Source: Cycas panzhihuaensis (taxonomy: Eukaryota; Plantae; Cycadophyta). Taken from it: 64,000 bases of DNA. Below are positions 1-13,470 of the stretch, one piece after another (the first letter of the stretch is position 1; the number at the start of each line of letters is the position of its first letter). The DNA is taken from positions 91,271,741 to 91,335,740 of the forward strand of contig CM041465.1 in the NCBI GenBank assembly GCA_023213395.1. The letters are read 5' to 3'. The notes beneath the pieces were generated by a model. It worked only from the letters and a program-made list of their open reading frames with translations, was not told the origin of the DNA and made no database searches. The position numbers and the translations under genes were made by a program.

Positions 1-366
1 CTTATTATAGGTTGAATATGAAGATTTACTAGAATATAAAAATGATCCTATTGGTAAGGTAATCCTACACATAAAATTTCATCAAAATATGAGATGGTCA
101 GAAATTTCATAAAATTTTAGGCCTTCAATGCTTCTGAGGCTATTTCAACAACCAAATGACTTCCAAAATCTATCATTTTCATCTTTGAAATTTTGCACAT
201 ATAGAAAATATAGCAACATACAAAATAATATAATTTTAAGCTCTCTAATACAAAATAAAGTTCTCAAATAAGCTCTCAACCTCACATGAATTGTGAGTGA
301 GAGGCATTAATGGCTTCTTTGTAAGCCTAGTGAGGAAATGTGGTCAACAATGGCTCTGATACTAGT

Positions 367-665
367 TGTTGGGTGAAGGATCTAGTTTCCACACTCCACT
401 ACACTAAAGAAATGGCACATAATAATAGAAAAATGAAGAGAATAAGATTGAAAGCAAAAATAAGAGGTGAGAATTATGACTCTCCCTTTCATATTCAACC
501 TTATATATCAAAAGATATATATTAGGATTTCCAAAGGACTTTTTTGCCTTATAACATGATCCCAAAATTACACTTAAATGTAAATAAAGTTACATTTAGC
601 TATGTGACTTAGCTAACATAAAGTCACCTTCATATAATTAATCTAATGACTTTGACGCATTAACA
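367..665 (-). repeat. 5' LTR of a minus-strand LTR retrotransposon that continues left of the window
   Basis: TGTT...AACA termini; immediately preceded by gctctgatacta (353-364), a decayed reverse complement of the tRNA-iMet PBS TGGTATCAGAGC. Confidence 0.7.
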
Positions 666-1868
666 TCTATAAAGTTTAAGATCATTAGACGTTATGGATT
701 TTGGAGCCTATAGAGATGATTTATATCATTTTATGTTTTAGATATTTCTTTAAAGGGATAGACAAAAGTTTGAGATAAATAATCATAAGAAAGATACAAG
801 CTCAGTGTTCTTAAGTTTGAGAAAGAATAACTATAAAAGATTATGTGAGCACCATCTCTAATGGGTCAAGGTTAGTTGGTTAGTTTAATAGCCAAAGCTA
901 TTTAGGAAAGCAACTAACATCGATCCATTAGAAATGGTAACTAAGCCATATTTTACATTTAGTTAGAAGAAGTATAATAAAGCTTAGTAGGACGTACCTA
1001 AGAGGGGTTGTATGAATACTTATCAACATTGGAAGAGGCCCAACTAACTAATATTCATATGACACCTCTCACAAGAAAACTAGTCATCTATCTAATAAAC
1101 TTGAAAGTATATTTGACAAATGATAAATCTCTAAGGTATGCTAGATTCTCCTTTAGCTATTTCTAGGTAAATATTCACATAGGGCTAATAACTTGCTAAG
1201 ACACTTCTCAACCCTAGATTCTCATGGGGGTATATCTTTCTATGTACCATTTCCTATTCTCAAGTATACCAAGCTTTGAATCGATACCATGCTTATCTTA
1301 AAGTTTTTTTATCCTCATGCTTTTAGAAGGAAATGAGGACCTCAAATTCCCAAGTATAAAACTTAGGAAGGAAGAAGAGAATATAAGGAGTCATAAGAAA
1401 AATAAAACCATTTTGGTTATGTAAATCGAGACCTATATGTACATACTCAACAAATGATACCTATGCTATATGGTATGGTAGTAGTCTTATATGGTTATTA
1501 GGAGTCCTATCAATACATAGGAGGATATAAAACTCAACAAGAAATAGATAAGCCAACTATAATTTATCCTTATTAAAAGGTAAGTCTTTTGGAGCCATAG
1601 TTTATACATATTATAGAGGACATATGTATTTCCTTTTTAGGTGTAGAATATTTTTAAAAACTACAAATTGGTAGGCTTTTGGAACTCAAGGCTGTTAAGG
1701 ATAGAAATATAGGTTGTATTATTCTCAAGATCCTCATTGATGAGATAAGGTCTTGCTTGCTTGGGGGTGATCTTTTGTTGTTTATCATAAAGATACTTAA
1801 ACTCAAGTACCTTGTCATCAATATAAAATTTATGAGGTCTTAACTACCTATCATGGGTAGCTTAAGCT

Positions 1869-2558
1869 TGTTGAGAAAACTAGGTCTCAATAAGCAGAAT
1901 CCACCACCAAGATCTAAACTATTTTGCAACTAATTACAGGAATTGAAACTAAAATTTAACATGCAAGTTCTTAAACTAGAGATAATACAATAAATAAATC
2001 AAGAAGCCAAAGCAACACATATATATAAGATATAATGTAATAAAACCATAGTAGTATACTAGGGAAACATCTACACAGGAAAGGTATCGATTTTTATTAT
2101 CTAAGAATGGAGAAATGTATATAATCTATAATAGAATTCTCACATCAACAATAACTAACCATATCTACTCAATATAGTATATCCAATAACTAGTTGCCTC
2201 TACTCAATATAGTACATCTAATATTTTGAATACCATCAACATAATAAAAAAACACCTTAAATCATGCTATATGAGAGAGTCATACAAGGCACAAATCTCA
2301 ACCATTGAATCTGGGATATTTTGAACGAACTACTTTGATTCTCTTTATAATTTAGTATATTTTACAGTGCTAGCTTTATGGGTCAGGAGCTACCACTCCC
2401 AAACCCTCTCTTTGTAGGGGTTCTGGCTTCTTTCGTACCCCTAACCAAGGGGGGCTCCCGTCCCCCTTGGATCATCTTGTAGAAGTTAAGGGGGAAAATT
2501 GTACTACCAGCATGTCAAATATTTTACCTATAAAACATTATTATTATATTATCTAACA
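1869..2558 (-). repeat. Copia-1 3' LTR
   Basis: TGTTG...TAACA, direct repeat of 6578-7247. Confidence 0.9.
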
Positions 2559-2619
2559 ATCTTCACCTTAACAATAATTTACATGATACCTTTTCTAGAC
2601 CATTCATCACCTTTTCTAT

Positions 2620-5600
2620 AAACTAAGAGAAGTCAAGTGCCATTTAAACTTCTCTAATAGTACTAATTTTATGAACATGTTAGCACAATTTTATTTTGTG
2701 TTAACCTTCTCAATAACCACTCCACCTATTTCCACAACTTGTCTAACAAGATGGTACTTAAGAGTAATATGTTTTATCCTATTATGATAAGCTAGATTCT
2801 TTGTTATATAATTGACACTTTGATTATTACAAAATACCTTTACCTTTTCTTGTTTTCTTCCAAGCTCAATCAATAGATATTACAATTAGATTACTTCCTT
2901 ATGAGCATGTGTTGCAATAATATATTTTACTTCTATAGTTAATAATATAATTATGCTCTATAATTTTGACATTTAACTAATTAGACTATTTATAAGAGTA
3001 AATACATAACTCAATGTAGACCTTCTTTTATTGAAATCTCCTACAAAGTCTAAGTCAACATATCCATAAACCTAATTACTTGTAACACCAAAGGTGATGC
3101 AATAGTCACTTCTACCCCTCAAAGATCAAAGCACCCATTTCAATGCTACCCAATGTTCTTTTCATGGATTTGCCATAAACTTGCTAACTACACCAACTGC
3201 ATGTGAAATATCAGGTCTTGTATATACCATGGCATATACCAAACTTCCTACTACACTGGAATAAGGAACATGAGATATATAATCCTTTTCTTCTTCACTA
3301 CTAGGACTCATACTCAAAGAAAGCTTGAAATAAGGAGCCAATAGGATACTCATTAGTCTCACATTTGCCGTACCAAATCTAGTTAGCACATTCTCCACAT
3401 ATTTCTACTATGATAACTATAGCTTATTATTTTTCTTATCTCTATGTATCTCTATACATAAGATTTGTTTTGTAGCTCCTAGATCCTTGATATCAAAAGT
3501 CCTAGCCAATTGAGCCTTTAACTCGTTGATTTATGCTATACTCTTACTTGTAACTAATATGTCATCAATATATAATACTAAGATAATGAATAAGCCATTG
3601 TCTAAGAATCTAAAACAAACACAATGATCATACTTACTTCTTTTAAAATTTTAGCTCTCCATGAAGGCATCAAACTTCCTATACCATTGCTTGGGTGATT
3701 ACTTTAGGCCATAAAATGATTTCCTAAGCCTACAAACAAGTATTTTCCTACCATCTTATACAAACCCTTCTGGCTAATTCATATAGATTTCTTCATCTAA
3801 ATCTCTATACAAAAAAGTTATTTTTATATCTAACTTCTCTAACTCTAAATCAAGAGAAGCTACTAATGCTAACAGAACCTAAATTGAAATAAGTTTGACA
3901 ACTATTGAAAAGATCTCATGAAAATCAATACTTACTTTCTATGTAAAGCCTTTAGGCACCAATCTTGCCTTGTATTTATCAATCTTTCCATCAATATCTA
4001 TTTTCTTCTTGAAAACCCACCTGCAACCAATAATCTTCCTACCATGTGAAAGTTCTACAAAGTCCCAAGAATTATTTTTCTTTAAAGCATCTATCTCTTC
4101 CTACATAGCCCTCTTCCACTTCTCACTATAGATGTCATCTACTATTTCCTAATAGCATATAGGCTCACCATCATTAGAAACTAAAGCAATAGGAATAGAA
4201 GGTTTGTACCTATTAGGTGGATGACTGACTCATATAAATCTTCTAATAGTTAGTGGAGGAGTGTCCACATACTCCTATAAATCTACTACAGATTCATCTT
4301 TAGAGAGCTCTTCTTTCTCTTTTATTTCCAAAGATGGCTAGGTCTCAAGCTTGACCTACTGATGTTCAAATTTCTTCTCCTATTTCACTTTAACTTCTAC
4401 ATTGTCTAATTTTAGGAAGAGAAATTCATTAAACACAACATCCCTATTAATAGTAATTTTATGGGTAGTAGGATCCCATAACCTATATCCCTTCATACCA
4501 TCTCTATCACCATAACCAACAAAGATACCTCTCTTGGATTTTTGGTCTAACTTTAAATGTTACCTTTTATTAGTCATGGAATAAGCATCATAACCAAAAA
4601 CTTTTAAATTTTAATAGTCAAATGGATGTCTAGCCATACCTCTTTAGGAATCTTACAGTATATTACAAGTGATGGTGACCTATTTACCAAAAAATAAGTT
4701 ATTTGAATAATTTCTGCCTATAAGCCCTACTCCACATCTGCATTACTTAGCATGCTTCTTGCCCTTTTTAAGAGTGTTCTATTCATATGCTTAATTATGT
4801 AATTCTACTATGGAGTATAGCTAGTGGTTTTATGTCTTTTGATCTTAACTTCTCTATAATAGTTCTCAAACTCTAATAAGTTAAACTCACATCCATTATC
4901 AGTTCTTAAACATTTGATTGACTTGCCAGTGCTCTTCTCAACCAGAGTCTTAAACTACTTAAGCACAATAAAAACTTTAGATTTCCTTTTTAAAAAATAG
5001 ACCTATACCTTTTTGGAGTAATCATCTATAAATTTCACAAAGTGTAATAATCCTCCATAGGATATTGTAGGGGCTAGTCCTCATACATCTGAATGTATGT
5101 AATCTAAAACACCTTTACTAGTGTGACTCCCTACTTTAAACCTAAGTCTATATTGCTTTCTAAAAATATAATATTTACAAAAAGTTAAATCTGAAAGCTA
5201 GAAGTTTGGAAGTAACTTATAGTTCATTAGTATCTTAAGTCCTCTCTCACTCATTTTCCCAAGTCTCTAATGCCATAACTAATTTGGATCTTCTATAGTC
5301 TTTGATACTATAGCTACATCGTTGATATTTATACTTCCTACCAAAATATAAAGGTTTCCTTTCTTTAAGGAGTTTATAATAACTAAGGGGCCCTTTGACA
5401 CCTTTAAGACTCCTTCATAACCTGTGTACTTATAACCACCAGAATCTAGTTCACCCAAGAAAATCATATTCCTTTTAGATTAAGTACATGTCTAACTTTA
5501 GTTAATGTTCTTACTATATCATTGAATATTTAAATTTTGATACTACTAATACCAATTGTCTTATAGGAAACTTCATTTTCCATAAGTATATCACCACCAT

Positions 5601-6505
5601 TAAGAGGTTGGTATGATGAAAATCAACTCTTATATGGACACATATGGTGTGAAGCACCTGGATCTAATAACTAATCATGATAATAATAGGAAATATTACA
5701 AATAATTAAGACATCATCATTTGTACTTTGATTTGACTCCACTTAATTAGCCTCTTTTTCAGGATCTTTCTTTTTCTAGAACTCCTTCCTTTTGTAGTAA
5801 TCCTTCTTAAGGTGACCTATCTTATTGTAGTGCCAATATCTGAGCTTACTCTTATTGTCTTTTGACTTTGACCTCAATGTGTCCCTAGAGCTTTGTCTCT
5901 CTTAATCGTTCTACCCCTTGCTGTCATAGCTTCTAATATGGAGGTTTCAAGATTGGACTTCCTCCTCACTTCTTCTGTTAGCAAAGCACTTATAATAGAA
6001 TCATAGTCTAATTCATACTAAAAGTAATTGAGATGACACTATTATCCCAAGATTTTGGTAATAAACATAATGATATAATAACCTTGTTCTCATCCTAAAT
6101 TGTGACATTGATACTAGCCAACCAACAAATAAGAGTATTAAAAATATTTAAATGATTAGGAATTTTTATACCTTCTTTTATCTACAATGAGTATAATTAT
6201 CTCTTTAAGTAAATTTAATTTGTCACAGATTTAGTTATTTATAAGCCTTCCAACCATGTCCATAATCTTATTACTATCTTCTCCCCTATGATGTTAAATA
6301 GAACTTCATTCGCTAGGCACAATTATATTATGCTAAGATCCCTTTTATCCAAATAATCTCATTCATCATCGTCCATCCCTATGGGTTTCTTCGATTTGCC
6401 TTCCAAACTTTTGTAAACATCATACGTTTTTAGCTTCTATAACTTGAAGTTATTCTTTTCATTAAATTTCTCCACCTTGAACTTTGCATTCATTAGTTTT
6501 GCCAT
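2620..6505 (-). pseudogene. Copia-1 gag-PR-IN-RT-RH pseudogene
   Basis: ATG (cat 6503-6505); protease LDPGASHH (~5645-5670); integrase LRTDNG.EF (~4870-4910); ORF fragments 2691-2873, 3162-3398, 5279-5467. Confidence 0.85.
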
Positions 6506-6577
6506 TTGGTGTAGAAAAAATTGACACCAAAACCCTTATAAACTTGCTACAAAAATAAAAGTATCTCTGATACCACT

Positions 6578-7247
6578 TGTTAAGAAAACAAGTTCCTAGT
6601 AACTAGAAATTGTTACCAAGATCTAAACTATTTTGTAACTAGTTACAGGAATTGAAATTAAAATTTAACATGTAAATTCTTAAACTAGAGATAATATAAT
6701 AAATAACTCAGAAAGCTAAAGAATCACATATACACCATATATAACGTGGTAAAACCCTAGCAATATACTAGGAAAACATCCACACAGGAAAGCTATCGAT
6801 CTTTATTATCCAAGAATAAAGAAAGATATATAATTTATAATAGAATACTCACAACAACAATAACTAGCTACCTCTACTCAATATAGTACATCCAATACAT
6901 CAAATACCATCAACATAATAAGAAAACACCCTAAATTAGGCTTATATGAGAGAGTCATATAAGGCACAAATCTTAACCATTGAATCTTGGGTATTTTAAA
7001 TAAACAACCATGATTCTCTTTATAATTTATTATGTTTTATAGCACTAGCTTTATGGGTTAGGGGATACTACCCACGAACCCCCTCTTTGTGGAGGGGGGG
7101 GGGGTGGGGGTTCAAGTCCCCTCGCATCCCCTAGCCAAGGGGGGCTTCTTCCCCCCTTGGATCCTCCCACATAAGTTTAGGGGGGAAACCACACTGCTAA
7201 CTTGTCAAAAGTTTTGCCTCTAAATATTGTTGTCACATTATCTAACA
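6578..7247 (-). repeat. Copia-1 5' LTR
   Basis: Adjacent to PBS; TGTT...AACA. Confidence 0.9.
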
Positions 7248-9240
7248 GAGCTATGCTTTTAGAATCTAGATTATTTTGGAGGGTAGTCAATCATGTCTCA
7301 TCCATTTTCTCTAATTCCAATAATCATGTTTCTCTCTAGTATTCTTTATCAGTGAAGTATTTAAGAGAAATACATAGAGATGGGATTTCTACCTTTAGGG
7401 ATATAATAACTTTAGAGCCATACATAAGAGAGAATAGGGTCATCCTAGTTGCATCCCTGATAAATTCTTGGTGGGCCCATAATACAAAAACTTATTAAAC
7501 ATGCTAGTCTCAATGGGAGTTAGTTACAGTCTTGGCCAAGATCTCAACCAACATCTTGTTGAAGGCCTCAACACGATTATTGGCTTGAGGTTGATAAGGC
7601 ATTAACAAGTGATGGGTAGTGTGGAATTTCTTTTATAATTTAGCTACCTATGATTTACAAAATAAAGTTCCATTATCAATGATAATGATATAAAGAACTC
7701 TGAATTTGTAGGTAATATACTAGAAGATAAATATCATAATAATCTTTCTAGTTGTAAAGACCAATGAAATGACTTTGCTTGACTTAGTAAAGTATAATGT
7801 AGCAGTTAAAAAATAAATATATGACTACTCAAAGAAGGGGGTAAATTTGACCAATAAGGTTAAGCCCTTATTGGAAAAAAGGCCATGGAGAAATAATGGA
7901 ATTGAGAGACTAAGCAAGTTGGTGTATTAGTGTGCATATGCCTAATACTTTTTACATTTCTAGATATAAGTGTGTCCATCTTTAAAACATATGAGCTAAT
8001 AGTATCCCATTCAAAGGATACACTAGGTGGTGGACTATCCACTAAAGTGGCATCTATATATGTTATCATGGCACTCTATTAGGGTTATTTGGGCCTCAAA
8101 GGTGAAAGACATCTTAACAAAACTCCATTAAAAGAGAATTTGTAAAGGACATCTTTAAGTAGCAGATGTTGACAAGCAGTAGATCTAATTCATTTCTTCT
8201 TTTCAAAGGAGATAGAGGAAGAGAAGGCTTAGTTCATGAGGTAAGACCTAATCTCTTTATACCACTCCTATTTTAAGGGCATAACATTTAACTAAAGGAT
8301 CTACTCATTAGGTAGTCTATCATTAATAATCATGTTGCTAATATTTGGTAATAGTGCTTTACCCATAATTATTAGAATATTAATGTTCTATCCTATATTT
8401 TTTCTTAGGGGGTCTCTTATGTATAGTTAAGGCTTGTGTGTCACAACCCCTCTTTTATTTAAGAATGACACTTAGCATACATATAATAGGCCCCTTTTAT
8501 AAATTAGTTATATTTATATAAGATGGAAACTTTCACCTATCAATTAAGAAAGATCATTCTATTTTGAAATTCAATCTTTTTTTCATCATGGTATTAGAGC
8601 AGCTCTAGTAGGGACATTAAATATCAATTTTTTTAGGAGGAGGAGAAACCTTAATAAGAAGGAGACTAAGGCTTAAAATAATGTTTTCTCAAGGAAGACA
8701 ACTTTATAAGACCCTATATAGATTCAAATGACCTTATACAACTAAATTTCTTAAATCACTAATAAATTTTACCAATACAAACATTTTAATGAGTTGAGTC
8801 TTCTATCCTAAAGACTTGACTATAAATTTAGTCTCTACAAGTAAAAAATCATAGAAAAGTAAGGACATGGATTTCAAAATTCTTCTACTATTTTCTCTTA
8901 TTTTTTTTAGTTTCAATCACTATGATTGGTTTTAAAATCTTCCTTAGGGTATAAGATTTCTATCAAGTATAAGTTTACTGAGAGATTTTAAGAAATTTTT
9001 AAGTTATAGTTTAAACCCTAACCACCCATTTTACTTTTGAGTCAAATTTTTCTCAAATAAAAACTCCAATCTAAATTCCATTTGTAGATTCTAATAGGCA
9101 GTGAAGAGATCTAAGTTTTGAGGATTTTTTTGGAATTCTATACAAATGTACTTTTTTTCATATAACCATATAGTCTTAACCTACTATAATAAAAAAAAAT
9201 AGAGTTCTTTTTTATAATTTTCTTTATTATCTCTTATAAA

Positions 9241-12200
9241 ATAGCCTTAATTTACTCATTAGGAGAGTTAGATAAATTAATTGGACAAAAGTATATAGCT
9301 TGGAGAACTAAAATAAAAGGGTCTTTTAGTTTCAAAGAATGTTTGAGACATAGTCACTGACAAAGAAATAAAACCAGTTGCCATAAATATTGTAAAGCTT
9401 GCTAGTTAGGAGGAAAGGGATATATATGCATTAGCAAGCATTACACTATCCATAAGTGATTCTATTTTAACTCATATAAGCAAAGCCTCCATTTCAGTTA
9501 AAGACTAGAAAATGATTACATCCTTATACAATAAAAAAAATAAAGCTTATATTATTACCCTTAGAGAACAACTATACCAACTCTATTTAAGGGATGGTAA
9601 ATAAGTTTATGGTTTTATTACTAAATTGGTAGAAATCAAAGTCAGTCTCATATTTGTAGTGAGTTTATATCAGACATAGAAATTATTTAGTACTTAATAA
9701 ATTTCCTAAGTCATTTGATAATTTAGTGAATACACTTGTTGTGGGAGGATAAGCTTGCAATATATCATTCAATACCTTATATGTATATCTTCTCTAATAA
9801 AAGTAGAAGATACAAAGGTATGATGAAGAAAATGAAGTTGAATATACATTTCTCTCTAGACTTAGGATTAGATAACACGGTTATAGTAGAGGTAAAACCA
9901 TAAGAGGAAGCTCAACAAATACAAGGGCAAGCAAATCAAGATTCACTAGAGGAAGATTAGCTCCTGCTAGAGGAAGATCAATAGATAATTAGGTATGTTA
10001 TCACTATGGCATACCAAGACACTTTGCTATTAATTATAGATTAGTACAAACTCATTCCTATTGTTATTGTGGAAGATTTGGATATCTTCCAAGCAACTAT
10101 TTTTATAGAAAAGTTGAAACCTCTAAAGAAAAATATATTAAAGGTAACTACAACAATGAGTAATCTAAAGATAAATAAGAAGAGAAAATTATTTTTATTA
10201 TAATATTAGCTTCTTTCACTCAAAGATATAAAGAATGGTTCATAAATTTTGGAGCCTCAAATCATATGACTGATAGAGAAGATTGGTTTGAGACTCTTCA
10301 TCCTTATTTAGTAAACAAAACTATTGAACTTAGAGATATTTTTTCTTTGAAGACTAAAGGAAAAGGAATTATTGTGGTTAAAATCAATAAAAAGGTAAAA
10401 AAAGATTAGTAATATTCTATTTATTTTAGGATTAAAGAAGAATCTTTTTTCTATATCCTACTTAAGAAAAAAAAACTTCATCTTTCATGAAGATGGAACA
10501 TGTTACATTTGTGACATAAAAAAAGGTGGTGATGTCATTACTAAAGGGATAAAGATTGATAATATTTATAAATTAGTCTCTACTCCTATTATTTCCTCTC
10601 TTGTAAAAAATTTTGTTGCTCAAAGTATTAATAATGAAATCTAGCATTTCTAGTATGGATATATTATATATGATAGACTAAAAATGCTTAAAAATTTTGA
10701 TATGCATGATGGTTTACCTAATGATATTATAATAAATTCTTCTGTTTACAAAATCTATATGATGGGTAAACAACATAGAGAACCATTTTAAGAAAGCAAC
10801 AAGAGAACAGAAGAAAAATTAGAATTGGTTCATAGTGATATATGTGGGCTAATTACACTAAATTCTATTAATAGTGCCATGTATATTTTTTATATTTATA
10901 GATGAATTTAGTAGAAAAGCTTGGCTGATTTTATCTTCAATAAATTAGAAGTCTTTTATTGCTTTAAATAATTTAAAGCTCAAATTGAATTAAAAAGTGG
11001 GCATAGAATCAAAGTGCTTAGGACATATAGAGGAGGAGAATATGTATTGAATGATTTTTTTAAAGATTAAACAAAATTGTAATAGAGATGGCCATATATG
11101 ATAAAAATAAAAGATGTCTCTAATTATGGTGAGCCTTCACCATATGTTATAGGGGGTTATGACCCTCCATTATATGAGGATTAAGAGGATTGGTGGATAT
11201 AAATATAGGAATATAATAATGACAGGTGAGTGTTATATATACCCCACTCTATTGTAATGATGATAAGGATGATGATATAATATGATATGATGTTCTTCAA
11301 AACCCTTATTTCTTATTTATCTTATTTCCCCCATGTCTCTTCATATTTCTCTATATTGATTAGTTATAGGATTAGTCATGTAACACTAATGTATATTAGG
11401 CTGAAGTTATTAATACAACTATTTAACTTCCAAATAAAAGTCCCATAAGAGCTGTTGATAGAATTTATCTAGAAGAAGTATGGACAAGTAGAAAACTTAA
11501 TATAAATTATCTTAGAATGTTTAGAAGCACTACTTATGTGCATATTCCAAATCAAAAAAATAATTAAATTAGATAAAAAAAATATTGAGTGTATCATGAT
11601 TAGATATAGTAGCAAATCTAAGTCTATCACTTTATAGATACAAAAACTAAGAAAATATATGTGAGTAGAAATGTTACATTAGATGAAGCTACTTCAATAA
11701 AAGGGATTTTATCTACACCTAAAAGGGCATAATAATAGAATAAAATATAAAGTATCTAAACAAATAAGTAATAGATTAGGAAGAGAATTCATTTCATGAA
11801 GAACATGGAATGATAACTAAAACAAAAGGATAGGAAAGTACTCCTAAAAGAAAACTATGTAGATGGTACTTAAAGACTATAGAATAATCAAAAGGAGATG
11901 TTTCTAAACAAAAAACAAGATCTCAAAGGTATCAAGTATTAATCTTTTGAGTTGAACCTCAGAGCTATGAAGAAGCTTATCAAAAGGTAAAATGGCTAGA
12001 AGCCATAAATAAGGAAATGCTCTCTATAAAATAAAATAATACTTGAGAGTTTGTTTCTCCACTTAAAGATAAATCTATTATAAGGTACACATAGGTTTAC
12101 AAATAAAAGAAAAATATAATGGTAGCATTGAAAAGTATAAAACTAGATTAGTCACAAAATAATATATTTAGACTACATGTATTGACTATGAAAAAGCTTT

Positions 12201-13470
12201 TACTTTAGTAGAAAAAATGATAACCATCTAGATAGTTATAACTATGGAAATATAATATAGATAGGAAATTATGCAGCTTGATATAAAAAGTATCTTTCTA
12301 AATGGTAATCTAGATGAAGAAGTATACATAGAGCAACCACTAGGATACATGAAAAAAAGAGAAGAAAATCTAGTTTGCAAATTAAAAAAGGATTTGTAGA
12401 GCTTAAAACAAACACCACAAACTTGGTATACAAAGCTATATTATCATCTCTAAAAGAAAGGATTTAATAGGTGTAAAGTTCATCTAAGTCTTTATATTAA
12501 GAAATAAAAAGAAGACTTGACTACCATAATTACTGTATATATAGATGATATTATTGTTATAGGTAATAATCATGAAATAATCAAATAAGTGTAAATACAA
12601 ATAGAAAATAATTTTAAAATGATCGATATGGGTCCACTTCATTACTATATTGCTATAAAATTTAATCAAGCAAGAAATGATATTTTTATTTCACAGTTAA
12701 AGTATGCCAAGAATCTTTTCAAAAGGTTCAATATGGAAGATTATAATTCTTATGTCACACCCATGAAAACTGGATATGTTTTGATGGCTGATAAAGATAA
12801 TCATCAAGTAAATGAGGCACACTATAGATAATTGGTTGGAAGTCTTATTTACTTTATAATAACTAGATAAAATATATATTTTTCTATAGGAATTATTTCT
12901 AGATTTATGTATAATTCTAATGTTACTGAAATACTACTAAAAGGATCCTAAGATATATTAAAGGTAAATTGGACCTTAGATTGCAGTATGTTAAAATAAA
13001 CAAACCAAGTTTAATTGAATAGAGTGACTCAAACTAGGTAGGTAAACAACAAGAAAGAAAGTCTACATCAAGATATTATTTTAGTCTTAGATCAAGTGTA
13101 ACATCATGGAGTAACAAAAATAAACCAACTATAGCATTGTCATTAATAGAACCATAGTACAAAGCTATAATCAACACAACCTATGAAGTGACATTATTAA
13201 GATAACTTCTTAAAGATTTAAATCAAAGTTATCTTAAAGAAACTATGTTTTTTTATGATAATCAAAGTGTTATCAAACTTATAGAAAATCATATCTTTTA
13301 TGTAAGAACTAAACATAAAGAAGTACATCACCATTTTATCAGATAAAGGGTTCAAAATAAAGAAATCAATCTAAAATATTATAGTACTGAATGATAAATT
13401 ACATGCATCTTCATAAAGCCCTTACCAAAAGAGAAGTTTCAACATCTCAAGAATCTACTAGGAATAAAAA
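9241..13470 (+). pseudogene. Copia-2 gag-pol pseudogene
   Basis: gag DKLIGQKYIAWRTKIK; two decayed Zn knuckles (~9995-10100); protease WFINFGASNHMT (~10236); integrase LVHSDICG and LRTYRGGEY; RT fragment ORF 12619-12831. Confidence 0.85.
11125..11385. mobile_element. Solo LTR (261 bp) inserted in the Copia-2 integrase
   Basis: T(A/G)TGG...TAACA termini with perfect ctaat TSD (11120-11124, 11386-11390); integrase reading (KDVSN|VY*AEVINT) resumes after it. Confidence 0.8.

Larger units (their letters stand above)
1869..7247 (-). mobile_element. Copia-1: full-length decayed Ty1/Copia, Tork/Tnt1-like
   Basis: LTRs 1869-2558 and 6578-7247; PBS rc tctctgatacca 6564-6575; PPT rc atcttcacctt 2559-2569; TSD aagct/gagct; gag N-terminus AKFKVEKFN; RT/RH fragments HVPYSSVVGSLVYAMVYTRPDISHAVGVVSKFM and VFCNNQS. 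Confidence 0.93.

Noticed and set aside
6564-6575. tRNA-Met gene fragments (also 8589, 34313, 47083, 61468)
   Set aside because: These are 11-12-nt primer-binding sites next to LTRs, not tRNA genes
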